From: Marsupella aquatica
Lineage: Eukaryota > Plantae > Marchantiophyta
Length of the DNA: 64,000 nt
NCBI GenBank assembly: GCA_973895155.1
Contig: OZ316893.1
Span: 13,470,359-13,534,358 of the forward strand
Direction: 5' to 3'
Shown here: piece by piece, positions 53,360-64,000 of the stretch
How the letters are laid out: every line of letters begins with the position of its first letter
Numbering within the stretch: the stretch's first letter is position 1
Made by a program: the position numbers and the translations under genes
Notes under the pieces: generated by a model
The model's database searches: none
The model's input: only the letters and a program-made list of their open reading frames with translations
What the model was told of the DNA's origin: nothing

Positions 53360-53681
53360 TGTGGAGAGAAATCAGATCAGGAAAAACACTCAAAACATGC
53401 ACGTGCTCAATAGTTACGTGGTTCGCCTCAAGGTTGGCTACGTCCACGGGAAGACCAAGCTTTATTAGCGGTTATGTGTGTGAGTAAGCATCACCATAGC
53501 TCTCATCTCTTCAAGCTCTCATCTCTTGCTATATCCCTGTGTTCTCTCTTGAGAACTCTCTTGTGTGTTCACACCACATACAAGTTGAAGAGATAAGGAT
53601 CAATCTCTTCAACTAGGGTTTACTCTAACCCTAGTTAACATCCTAACCATAGTTCAACCCAAGACTGAGTTAACCTCTACA
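53360..53681 (-). repeat. 5' LTR (322 bp)
   Basis: Near-identical to 47635-47960; followed on the minus strand by the PBS. Confidence 0.95.
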
Positions 53682-54951
53682 AAGAGAACTTTACTGAGAA
53701 ATAAAGAGTCACCCATCGAAGGAAACACCCAAGAACGCGGACCAATATAAATACTAGGCAATGTGAATCACCCATCGTGATCGAGGATGGCGTGTAGCAT
53801 TATTATTTTTTGCCAGGAAAGAACCAAATAAATTCCATTCAAAAAGATATACAAACTAAGGGCCAAAGAGAGTACAAAAGAACAGACAAAGATCCCAAGT
53901 GAACAAAACCAAACTCAAAAGAAGTGAGCAATAGAAAATCACTAAAAAAACAAGAAAGATGAACTAAAATTAATGCATATGAACCCAGGTCTTCATCATT
54001 CCTAACAAATGTGGCAAAAAGTTAATGGTACACATCAAGTGTCTAAACTAAATAGGCAAAGGAGCTAAGACACATTAGCATCCACTGTCAAAGACTCTAA
54101 CCAACCAAATGAATTCAGTTCAAATAGCCAACCAGAGGAATTCCATTCAAATAGCCAACCAAAATGGACGGCATCCCTAGAACCAAAGGTAGAGGTGCTA
54201 AGACCGGAGAGGAAGGAACCAGGGAAGATTCTGAGCCCCAAAGGAGGCAACTAAACAAGGGATTTAGAGACTAAGGTAGGAGCAGCAAACTCCTAAAGAC
54301 CGGCTAGTGATCAGATTCTGGCGGGGTTCCTTATAGACGGTCCGTGAAAGCGCGATGACTCAATCACTCAGGTTGTAGTGCAGCTTCCAAACCTGAACAG
54401 GGAGGAAGAATCACCCTGGTTGTGGAGGTACTGGTGGGACTTGAAGGGTTTTGTCATGAATCTCCCACAGGATCTCCCAAAGGCCATCCCAAGTACCATA
54501 ATTGAAGGACATCTCGTTGTGGGCCTCACCTAGAGTGGTCTTACTGGCCTGGATATGAGCCGTCAGTGCCCAAATGGCTGGTAACATTTGCATTACAAGA
54601 CTCAAGTGGCAATTTGCACCTTCAATAAGACCATGGCCACGGGTGGTCTTAATTGGTGTCATGCGAGATATGTCTTATTGACATCGCTATCTTAGACAAA
54701 TATATATCGCCCACTCAAGTGTGTTACTTTCAATTATATAGGAGCATGAATGCCCATTATTTGAACATGAATAGAATGAGCCCAGATGCTCATTCAAAGA
54801 AAAATGACATATATGGTGTACAATATCTCTCTATACCATGAAAAATCTTGTTATTTTATTTAAATCAATGAGTGCATATCATAATTATATTTCCATATTT
54901 TGATGTGTGATTATGAGCCCCAGGGCATTCAAAGCAAAGAAAGGAAATGGG

Positions 54952-55255
54952 AAATTAATGATGCACCCATGGGTGAGGGGTGAATAGTATCATACACTCC
55001 CATAAAAGTGAAATTAATGATGCACCCATGGGTGAGGGGTGAATAGTATCATACACTCCCATATAAGTTAAATTAATGATACACCCATGGGTGAGGGGTG
55101 AATACTATCATACACTCCCACACTCCCATAAGTAAATTAATGATGCACCCATGGGTGAGGGGTGAATAGTATCATACACTCCCATAAAAGTCAAATTAAT
55201 GATACACCCATGGGTGAGGGGTGAATAGTATCATACACTCCCACACTCCCATAAG
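54952..55255. repeat. Minisatellite, 5 x ~59-64 bp
   Basis: aaattaatgat(g/a)cacccatgggtgaggggtgaata(g/c)tatcatacactccca; each unit carries the palindrome cacccatgggtg. Confidence 0.92.
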
Positions 55256-57344
55256 TAGGGGAAGGGATGCAAGATGAGACAAAGTGGAACAAGCACAAGT
55301 CTCGGTACAAGTGAATAGAGAAAATACATATTAGTAGTAGGCAATAAGAGGGAAAAGGGAGTAGAAAATGGACACCCTTGCATTTTTAATTTTTAATTTT
55401 TTAGTTTCGGGTGGGGGGGAGAGGGGCCGTTTTCTTTGAATTAAAGGGAAGCCCTAGTGGTAGCAAGAACTCATTCCACCAAGTGAGATTCAGAGTTCAA
55501 AGCATCATATGTCAAAGAGGTATTGACAAACGCAAATTAGAGATAAGGGAGGCATCTGAAGATTCAACCTGTCTCCTATTGGCCAGTTTCCCACCCAACC
55601 ACCATCATTTAGCCAAATCTGACTTATCCTCAGATCTAGGGAGGTCTAACCGTAGAAACTAATCCAGCAAAATTAAATCAGGAATATCTCTAGCATCTTC
55701 TCATGCACACAAGGTGTCATTGCTCACCTGGCCAAAAAGAAAAACACCATATCAACTATTCTGCAAGGGGTTGTAATAAATAAATAAATGAGTTTCCCAT
55801 AATTATACCTCACTTTATAATGGACAGTGCAAAACCTACACGTTGACTTACTTTCCCCGTGTAACGTAGGATTTCACATAGATCCCGAACTCGTCGAGCT
55901 AGATGGATTCAACACAGGTGTCCGACCTTTCAGTGCTCTTCTTTGCTTCGGAATTCCGAAAGAAGTGGTGTATCCGCATTCGCAATGTGGATATTCTCAT
56001 CATTCCTTCAGCTACAGTTATTGCTCTTGATGGGCTATGGTGCTAACCTTAATTTGGTACCTTGGTTGCCCTTTGAAACACTGAAAGCATCGAGGAATCA
56101 GGCCCCTCGCTAAACTTGGTTTGAAAATTCTTGTCGATAGCTTGTTGCGATGTGAGCTCCTTCATTCGCTCGACAGCGAGTATCTCACGAAGAAATTAAG
56201 CCCTACGTACGTGTGTGTCTGGAAAATTTAGCTGACAGGTAAATTTGTTCGAGGAAAAGCTGACCTCCATTTCTGGGAAATGTCAGACAGATCCTCGAGG
56301 ATATCCAGCGGAACTTGTGGCATCCTCTTTTGTATGAGCATTGTCGTTTAGATCCCCTGGCTGCTGCTGACCAGTTTAGGAATGAATGTCTAATAGGGAT
56401 TAAGCTGGCAGTAACGTTTTGTGAGCTCATGCTTCTGGTGTTCATGCTGCACCTCGACAAACGGTGGAAGGAATTCCATAGTCGACATCTATAATTACGG
56501 ACATTGAATCGTGTCATTGGCACTGATTGACATGCATGAAAGGTAGATGACACCTGCTAATTCGATCGTTCAAAGTTCAAACGAAACACCAGCCTGCTAA
56601 ATTGTAGGCGCCGCATCTTCCACTTTATATTCTTCTTTGCATTCGCATCGGATAAAATAGGTACCCCACTTTTCAACATTGCCGGTTATTCTGTCGATCT
56701 GTTGATTTCTTTTTAAGCCCGCGGGTAGATCTTACCCACTTGCAGCACGGGAGATTTTCTGGCCCACCCTCTCTGAATCTTGGGGCATGGCAAGTGGAAA
56801 TTTCCTGCGCATTCCTCTGAACACCTGGCCCTGCAGATTCGATTCGAGGAGGGTATTAGGATTGCAACACCGCGTCCTTTGACTATAGCAGCTACGCGGC
56901 ACAACGCTCTCACTCATCTACAACGGGCGCACTAGTTCCGGAGGGTGACGACTCCATGGGTCACACAAACAGTCACAACTGTACTTGCGTGCACGGGTAG
57001 AACGGAACTTGACTTCTGAGCACACTGACTTTAGAGCTGATCGAGGTGAGTTCGATCGACCATCTCACATCGATAAATAATTGTAAGCTACGATCTCAAA
57101 GAATCATCGGTGCGAAGCGTTGGTGCGAAGCTCTGTCCCGTCCCCAAGATGAACGACAGTAAGCTCATTTCTGGGAGTTTTTAACGAGCAGCTAGCACTG
57201 CGCGGTGTTGTGCTGTGCTGTGCTGTGCTGTGCAAGACACAGCCATGCCACAAGTTTTCGTTCGGGCGAAGATGCTTGTAATGACATCAATTGGATTATG
57301 TAGTGAGACCATTCTCGCTCTTATAGATTGTGGAAGCCCTGCCT

Positions 57345-57830
57345 CTAATCACACATCAGGCCTCTAATCACATATCAAAATGTGGCAATATACAATGTGT
57401 ACATCAGAACTGTGCATATACAATTTGCTTCACAGTACAATTTGCTTCACACATCAAAATGTGGTAATATACAATGTGTACATCCAAATGGGGGCATATA
57501 CAATGTGCTTCACACATCAAAATGGGGCATATATAATGTGCTTCACACATCAAAATGTGGCAATATACAATGGAGCATATACAATGTGCACCTCAAAATG
57601 TGGTAATGGCACTCATTAATTCAAATAAAACAAGAAGGTTTGTCATCCCCGCTGTAATCACACATAAAAATGTAATGTGTTAATATACTGTGCACATCAA
57701 GATGTGGCAGTGTACTCATTAATTTAAATAAAACAACAAGGTTTATCAGCCCTGCAACACATCATAATGCTTTAATATACAATGTGCACATCAAAATGTG
57801 GTAATATAAGGTGTGCACTCATTAATTAAT
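57345..57830. repeat. Degenerate ~30-40-bp minisatellite
   Basis: cacatcaaaatgtgg(c/t)aatatacaatgtg recurs many times. Confidence 0.8.
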
Positions 57831-60106
57831 GTAAAATAAATAAATTATTTTGGTATGGAGGGATGTCATAAACGCCATTACTACTTTCAATTCTCTTGGA
57901 GCGGGTTTCACTTTAGGGAGCCAAAGCGGTTCATTGTGCTTGCAAGTAAACTGTAATAAGCTTTTACATTGTCACTAAAGATGTTTGAATTTATAACTTT
58001 TTTTTTTGTATCTACAAAAATGTCATGGTTTTCGTATATAGTTTTCCATGTTACCGTGGTGAACTTGTCATCCATATACTAAACCGTGACATTTTTATGA
58101 ATACAAACAAAACTGTGGCAATATTGTCAATTTTAACATCTTTAGTGGCAAAGGACTTAAAATCTGGAACTGTAAAAGAATTATTTGCACGAGCAAAATT
58201 TTTACTCACATGACCTCTATATTTCTATATCTAACTGCCTAGCTAACAGCAACCTAGTTGGTAAAATCCATTTTCGGGACTTCTCTCTTGGCTAGCAAAC
58301 TCGCTAGTCATCTGGAATCTTAAAAAACCACTAGCAATATAAAAGACATCAAAAATCAAAAGAAATTTCAAACCACTAGTGACTCGCTAATAACACTCTA
58401 CTCGCTATCAAAACTCCTTTTTGCTTGCATTATACAATACCTCACCCAAAGCTTGAGCTCGATGAGAAGCGAATGTTTAAACTTCGGCAACAAGTTCAGG
58501 TTGTGTTTGGTCTGCAGATCCATATCCATATACAAATTAAGGGGTCTCAAAGAACATTTTTAGAGCCCTTTTTTTAGTGGCAATTTTTGCTAGATTCCAC
58601 CTCCCCCTAAATTCTTTGCCATTTTGCAAAACTTCACTAGGCCTTCTGTCTCATTCCCCAGTTTCTCACCTAGTCACATGCCCCATTAGCCAGAGTCTAA
58701 TAGTAATTCTTAAATCTAGAGAGATCTATAGTCAGAAAACAATTTGGAATTTCACATAAAGAACATGCCTAACATCTTCTCCTTTCACACACCCATTTGC
58801 TGCTCTGGCTAATAAGAAAAAACAGGCTGATAAGGAAAACTTTAAAGGTTACACCAGTCTCAAAACTCAAAATTTAATGTACCTGAGTAAACTTAGTAGT
58901 TAAAGGAGCACTACCAGAAACAAGAAGGGACTGCAGAATGATGAGTAGAATGACAAAAACTGAACACAAACTTTATGACTGGGTTGGACACTACTAGAAG
59001 CACACAGGACAGGATGAGGATTTGCACTTTACACAAACAGAATAGGGCTCGTCCTTCTGGAGATGACTTAATTTGATGTCAACTTCAGGTGGTGGTTCCG
59101 GGTCCCCTGGCCCGACTAGATTGGCTTTCTGTTGGCCGTTAATGGCTCTGGGTGTTGAGCCCTTCTTTGTTTTCCTTGCTCAGTCAGTTGTTGTTCCCCT
59201 GCCTGTTATTGAAGGGTCTCTCTCCCCCCCCCCCCCCCCCCTTTCAGAAAAAAAAGGAAAAAACAAGTTAGTAATCAAGAAAAAACAAGTAGTTAATCTA
59301 AGGGACAACACAAGTATGGACCATACCACCAGGTCCATAGCTTTTTGCCATAAAGATTGATCATTAAATCTCAAAATTTGATGGACCTTAACTACATGCT
59401 AATGGTCCTGAGATGTACCAGGACTGCGTATAAAAATGGACCCATAAAGAAGGGGAAACAACAAGAACATGGGGAAGGCCAAAGAGACAAAAAGCCTAAA
59501 AGCCACAAAGTCTGAACAACCAGTTTGTCTTCTTTGTACCTCTCTTGCTTTTACTCTATTCTACTCTTCTTTTCCCCTTGAAAAATCAATTGAACTCATT
59601 CAAAAAACAAGCATACAACAAGGGTGGCCACAAGAGGGGGTCAGCACCATGGAGGACCAAAGATTGAAGAGTCCAAAAGACCAGAGAGGCCAGAACCAGG
59701 AGAGAAGCAGGCCTTAAAGGAAAGGGAGGCAAACAAGAAATTTAACCACTACAGAATTGCGGCAATGAACAGGTGCGGACGCGCCACCTAACAGTGGGTC
59801 CACAATAGACATAAACTATCAGTCTACTTTGTTTGGCACTTTTTAATAAACTTGGTACTTTTCCCTTCACAAATGGAACAGATACACCATGTTGGGTTGA
59901 CTTTTGTCAAAAAGCTGGTGGAGATTCAATCCCTAGACCCTTTTCATGAACTTTCTTGGTTCTTGTTGGACACTTCAGAATGTGTTAAGAAGGATCAGAA
60001 AATTCCAGTACACCCTCTTTTATCAACACAGCAGATGGTTTACATCCATGATGGAGTACCATTGTCCTTGGGTGGTGTGACAGTCAAGATGAAAAGTTTG
60101 TTTGGA

Positions 60107-60420
60107 TGCTCAAATGTTGCATGTTATATGAAAGTAAATATTTCAGGTAAACTCAAGGGGGTGGTCTTGCCGGGGGCAGGGTATCCTATGTCTTTTTCCA
60201 TGCTCAGATGTTGCATATTTACGAAAGTGAAAAATTTAGGTAAACTCAAAGAGCATGATCATGCCTGGGACAGGGTGTACTATGTATTTTTGCATGCTCA
60301 GATGTTGCACGTTTATGAAAATAAAAACTTTAGGTAAACTGAAAGAGCATGATCTTGCCTGGGACAGAGCCTTAATCTACATCTTTTTGTGTGCTCAGAT
60401 GTTGCATATATATGAAAATT
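60107..60420. repeat. Diverged ~95-bp tandem repeat, 3-4 units
   Basis: tgctca(g/a)atgttgca...atgaaa..aaa....aggtaaact.aa occurs at about 60107, 60201, 60295 and 60392. Confidence 0.8.
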
Positions 60421-61194
60421 TGGTCTTCTTTTGAATTTTGTCTTGTTTGAATTTTTTAATTCCACTCTATTCAGCTATTTTTCCTGTTTTTTTTTGATTG
60501 GGGGGGGGGTGTCTTATGGATAGTGGGCAGGAGTATTGCTACCCCTACACTAAGCACTACAATAATGTGGGATGTAGCTACCTATAGGTGTACCACAATT
60601 GTACCATGAATGTTGCAACGTACCATCACACTAAATCAAACATCAAAATGTTGTATTATAGGGTATGCATTCATTGATTTAAAAATAATAATAATTATGT
60701 ATCATGGTATGAAGTGATGTCGTACACAGTATATATCATATTTTGATGTGCAGTTATCGGGAGATGCAATCCTGTGGGTGCATGTACCACAATTGCAACC
60801 GGTGGGTGCACACTTATGGTCATACTCTGGCTGCAGGTCCTGCAAGGTACCTTGACTTACTGGCCTATTGCAATTGTCAGGGGTTGTTTGTATGACTATT
60901 TGGTAAGTGTGCTATATGCCTGCAATGGAACTAAGTATGTGCTATGGCCTGCAAGGGAACTCAGTATGTGCTATACTCCGTAACTTGGGCTGCTAAACTC
61001 AACGTTCAAGATGCAAACCTTTGAGCTTGGACCTTTGGCTATCACAAATAAAGGTTATACTATTATGAAGTACTAAGCAAGTCAGTTGTTGTTATTGAGC
61101 TAAAGTTAACCACAAGTTTACCCAGCCATTAGTCCATCCTGTTGGATTGAGGAATGGAACACAAATGGGTTGGGTTGTTGTTTGGGATATTCAA

Positions 61195-62445
61195 CTGCAC
61201 TTTCTTCTCTCTGTCTGGAGGTGGTACTTTTTGTCAAGAGTCGGACAATCACGAGCACCTTTACTTGCAAGTGGAACCCTCCAATAGCATCTGAGATTTC
61301 CAGTGAAACCAGATGAAAGCACTTTCTACTTTCAGTCTGAAGGTGGTACGTTTTGTCAAGAGTTCGACAATATTGAACACCTCTACTTGCAAGAAAAGCA
61401 TCTAAGATTTTCCAGTCAAACCAGATGAAAGCACAGACTTTCTTCTTTAGTGGAACCCTCCAATAGAATCTAAGATTTCCAGTGAAACCAGATGAAAGCA
61501 CTTTCTTCTTTCGGTCTGGAGGTGGTACATTTTGTCAAGGGTAACAAGATTGAACACCTCTATTTGCAAGAAAACTATTTTCAACTAGTATCTTCAACTT
61601 CCAGTCAAACCAGATGAAAGCACTTTCTCCTTTAAGTCTGGAGATGGTACATTTTGTTGAGGACAATAGTGAACACCCTCCACTTCCAAGAAACCATTCC
61701 TCGAATAGCATCTAAGATTTTCCAGTCAAACTACATTGTTCACCGTAATTAGTGTGACTAACACTAATTCGAGAACGCCCAATTTCAGGGTCTACTCACG
61801 AATTAGTGTTACTCACATAAATATTGTGCTACATTGTTCACCGTAATTAGTGTGACTAACACTAATTCGAGAACGCCCAATTTCAGGGTCTACTCACGAA
61901 TTAGTGTTACTCACATAAATATTGTGCTAACACTATTTCCACGCACATGAATTAGTGTTACTATGGTCAAAACAGTGAAAAAATAGAGGGGAAAATTATT
62001 TTTAAAATACATAACACTTAGTGTTAATTTGAATTCAATATCAATTTTATAAGCAATTTAAATTAAAGTGAAAAAAAATTATTTTAAAAACCAATAAAAA
62101 TTAGTGTTACTTGGACTCAAAATCATTTTTATTAAAATTATTGCTGGTAACATTAATTTTGTAGTAACACTAATTAAAGTGATGTACATGAACACACTTT
62201 CTCCTTCCGGTCTGGAGGTGGTATGTTTTGTCAAGGACAATAATGAACACCCTTTACTTCAAAGAAAACAATCCTCAAATACCATCAAAGATTTCCCACC
62301 AAACCAGACGAAATTGTAGACAGGGCAAAACCAGATCCAATCATAGACACTAGTGTATGAATTTTAAGATTTCCCACCGAAACCAGATGAAATTATAGAC
62401 AGGGCAAAACCAGATGCAATCATAGACACCAGTGTATGAATTTTG
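61195..62445. repeat. Complex repeat: ~120-bp degenerate array, an AT-rich insert with a perfect 98-bp duplication, and a ~79-bp duplication
   Basis: gtctggaggtggtac.ttttgtcaag...ccagt.aaaccagatgaaagcactttct units over 61195-61730 and again at about 62195. 61731-61828 equals 61829-61926. 62288-62365 resembles 62366-62444. Confidence 0.82.
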
Positions 62446-63683
62446 AAAGGACTGCATTAAGAATTGGTTCAAACTACAATGGTGTGGGTAACACTAATTG
62501 CTGCAATGGATATAGATGATTACACCCTATCGTCCAGCTCAAACACTCTGTAGACGCGGCACTACTCCTAAATGGCCATTATTCACTTAGGGATGGCAAC
62601 ATATTCCCTTTCAGTCTGATCGAGACAAACTTTCGTTACTGGTTTCATAAGAACCAGGGCGACGAGATGGCAGTTCGTGCCATGATTTTCCTCCACAGGC
62701 GATGACAGCTTAGAGAAAGAATTTCAGTTGCGTTGGCAGAGACGATACGTGGCCGACGTGGCTCGAAGTCTAAGAATCTGGTCAAAGATAGTGAAGGAAG
62801 TAAAAAAGTTGGCACTAAAAGCAGCCCTCTTTTATACTACTGCAGAGCAGAATGGTGCGTCTTCGTCAAAGAACTTCCTGAAGGAGAACTTCCATTTTAT
62901 TTGCAATTGTGGAACTCCTTCCCCAGAAATTGAGTTGAAAGCTGTGCTGAAGTCTACAAATTACAATCTAGATGGACTAGTACAGATCCAAATTGTGTTA
63001 TCGGAAAGTTAACTCACCGTACCGTGTTCAGTTTCACAAGCTTCTCTATTCATACAAAAACTGTACATGTAAGCAGGTCCACATCTGAAAAGCAAAGCTA
63101 GCATTTCCAAAGAAAAGAACTCCGAAAAAAGAATAAACAGGAAAGGCCCGCGAAGATCTTGCAGCTCAATAAACAGCCAGTAGATTTCTCCGACCTATCG
63201 TGCGAAAAAAGAACGTGATAATCATTCATGAAATCCATTTCAACAACTTGACTTGCAGAGCCTTCTGCAACAAAACATATCAAGATGCATTGACACGAGC
63301 TTCTCGTGACAAAATGGTACCCCCAAGTGCGGCATGATACCCAACCTTTGGCTACTGAAAACTACCCTACGTTCCTTCTGGAGAACTAAAGATGTATGGA
63401 CACGTTTTCAAAAGGTTCAATGTCAGAATTTTACATGTTGTACGCAGCGTACATGACACCACAAACCCTCTACTTGCTTGACTTTGCTCATCGGTTATGG
63501 TTATTAGCGCTACTTACAGGACGGAGTCCATCTGCTTGCCCACACCACTGGCGATAGAGATAGACATTTCAAGAAAGTCAGGTGCTTCTACAATATGTTC
63601 CGACAGAGCTGACCTCTCAAGTTCTGGATACTTCATAAAAACTTTTTACTTTTCACCCATCAAACTTTTTACTTTTCACCATC

Positions 63684-63950
63684 TTACACTACTCCTGATG
63701 GTAGACGCACCATCATCTGTCCCTCCAGTGCACTCTTGACGTAGTAGTAACAAAAATCTGCAAGAATAAATGTTTGCACCAATTCGGAGAGAAGCACCAT
63801 CGGCGGCCAAAATCCAGAGTAACCCAACATACCAAACAGGAGAGATCCCCTGTCGATCACCTGGAGTATCCAATGGGCACAGCTTAGAAACCGGGCTATT
63901 CCCAAAGCAAACACGTAGTGCGCTGTGAAAGGCTCCACCAATTTAGTGTT
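63684..63950 (-). CDS. Last exon of an ER lumen protein-retaining receptor family (ERD2-related) gene; upstream exons lie beyond the window
   Basis: Acceptor ttgatgcag, then NTKLVEPFTAHYVFALGIARFLSCAHWILQV...WPPMVLLSELVQTFILADFCYYYVKS...VRLPSGVV*, the conserved C-terminus of plant ERD2-related proteins. Confidence 0.92.
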   Translation of the reverse strand, partial: NTKLVEPFTAHYVFALGIARFLSCAHWILQVIDRGSLLFGMLGYSGFWPPMVLLSELVQTFILADFCYYYVKSALEGQMMVRLPSGVV

Positions 63951-64000
63951 CTGCATCAAACAACAGGCATTCTAGGTCAGCGACAACCCCAACATCTGAA

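Larger units (their letters stand above)
47635..53681 (-). mobile_element. Full-length Ty1/copia LTR retrotransposon (Tork/Tnt1-like), non-autonomous because of nonsense mutations
   Basis: TG...CA LTRs at 47635-47960 and 53360-53681. 5-bp TSD AAGAG at 47630-47634 and 53682-53686. PBS TGGTATCAGAGC (tRNA-iMet) next to the 5' LTR and PPT AAGGGGGAGT next to the 3' LTR. Domain order is gag-PR-IN-RT-RH. Confidence 0.97.

Noticed and set aside
54952-55255. CRISPR-like array
   Set aside because: The units are contiguous with no unique spacers, there are no cas genes, and the context is eukaryotic. It is a minisatellite.
56713-56913. PHD-like CSEECAGNFHLPC on the minus strand
   Set aside because: The remaining Cys ligands are not in frame and the surrounding frames are full of stops. 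At most it is an unidentifiable relic.
62728-63012. Overlapping ORFs of 94 and 66 aa
   Set aside because: No recognisable domain; they lie downstream of the ERD2-related gene and are probably non-coding.

Overview
Eukaryotic nuclear DNA with spliceosomal GT-AG introns. The proteins are plant-type, and a non-seed land plant such as a bryophyte is my inference, not something the sequence proves. The first ~22 kb is a compact block of housekeeping genes: cytosolic acetyl-CoA acetyltransferase, ASNSD1, an RBMX2/Snu17-type RRM-CCCH splicing factor, an intronless OST48/DGL1 and a SIVA-like zinc-finger gene. The rest is repeat-rich and holds a GH18 class V chitinase with a GPI-signal-like second exon, a purple acid phosphatase, a full-length Ty1/copia element (two LTRs, AAGAG TSD, two nonsense mutations) and the last exon of an ERD2-related gene. 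The standout is a ~3.8 kb unit (about 25060-28880) encoding a spliced Crypton/DUF3504-like tyrosine recombinase. It has a Lys in place of His in the HxxR box, a nested hairpin at its left end, a lox-like site at its right end, and a 12-bp motif shared by both ends. It looks like a decayed copy of a tyrosine-recombinase DNA transposon of a kind I know mainly from fungi, stramenopiles and animals. All calls come from reading motifs by eye; no searches were run.
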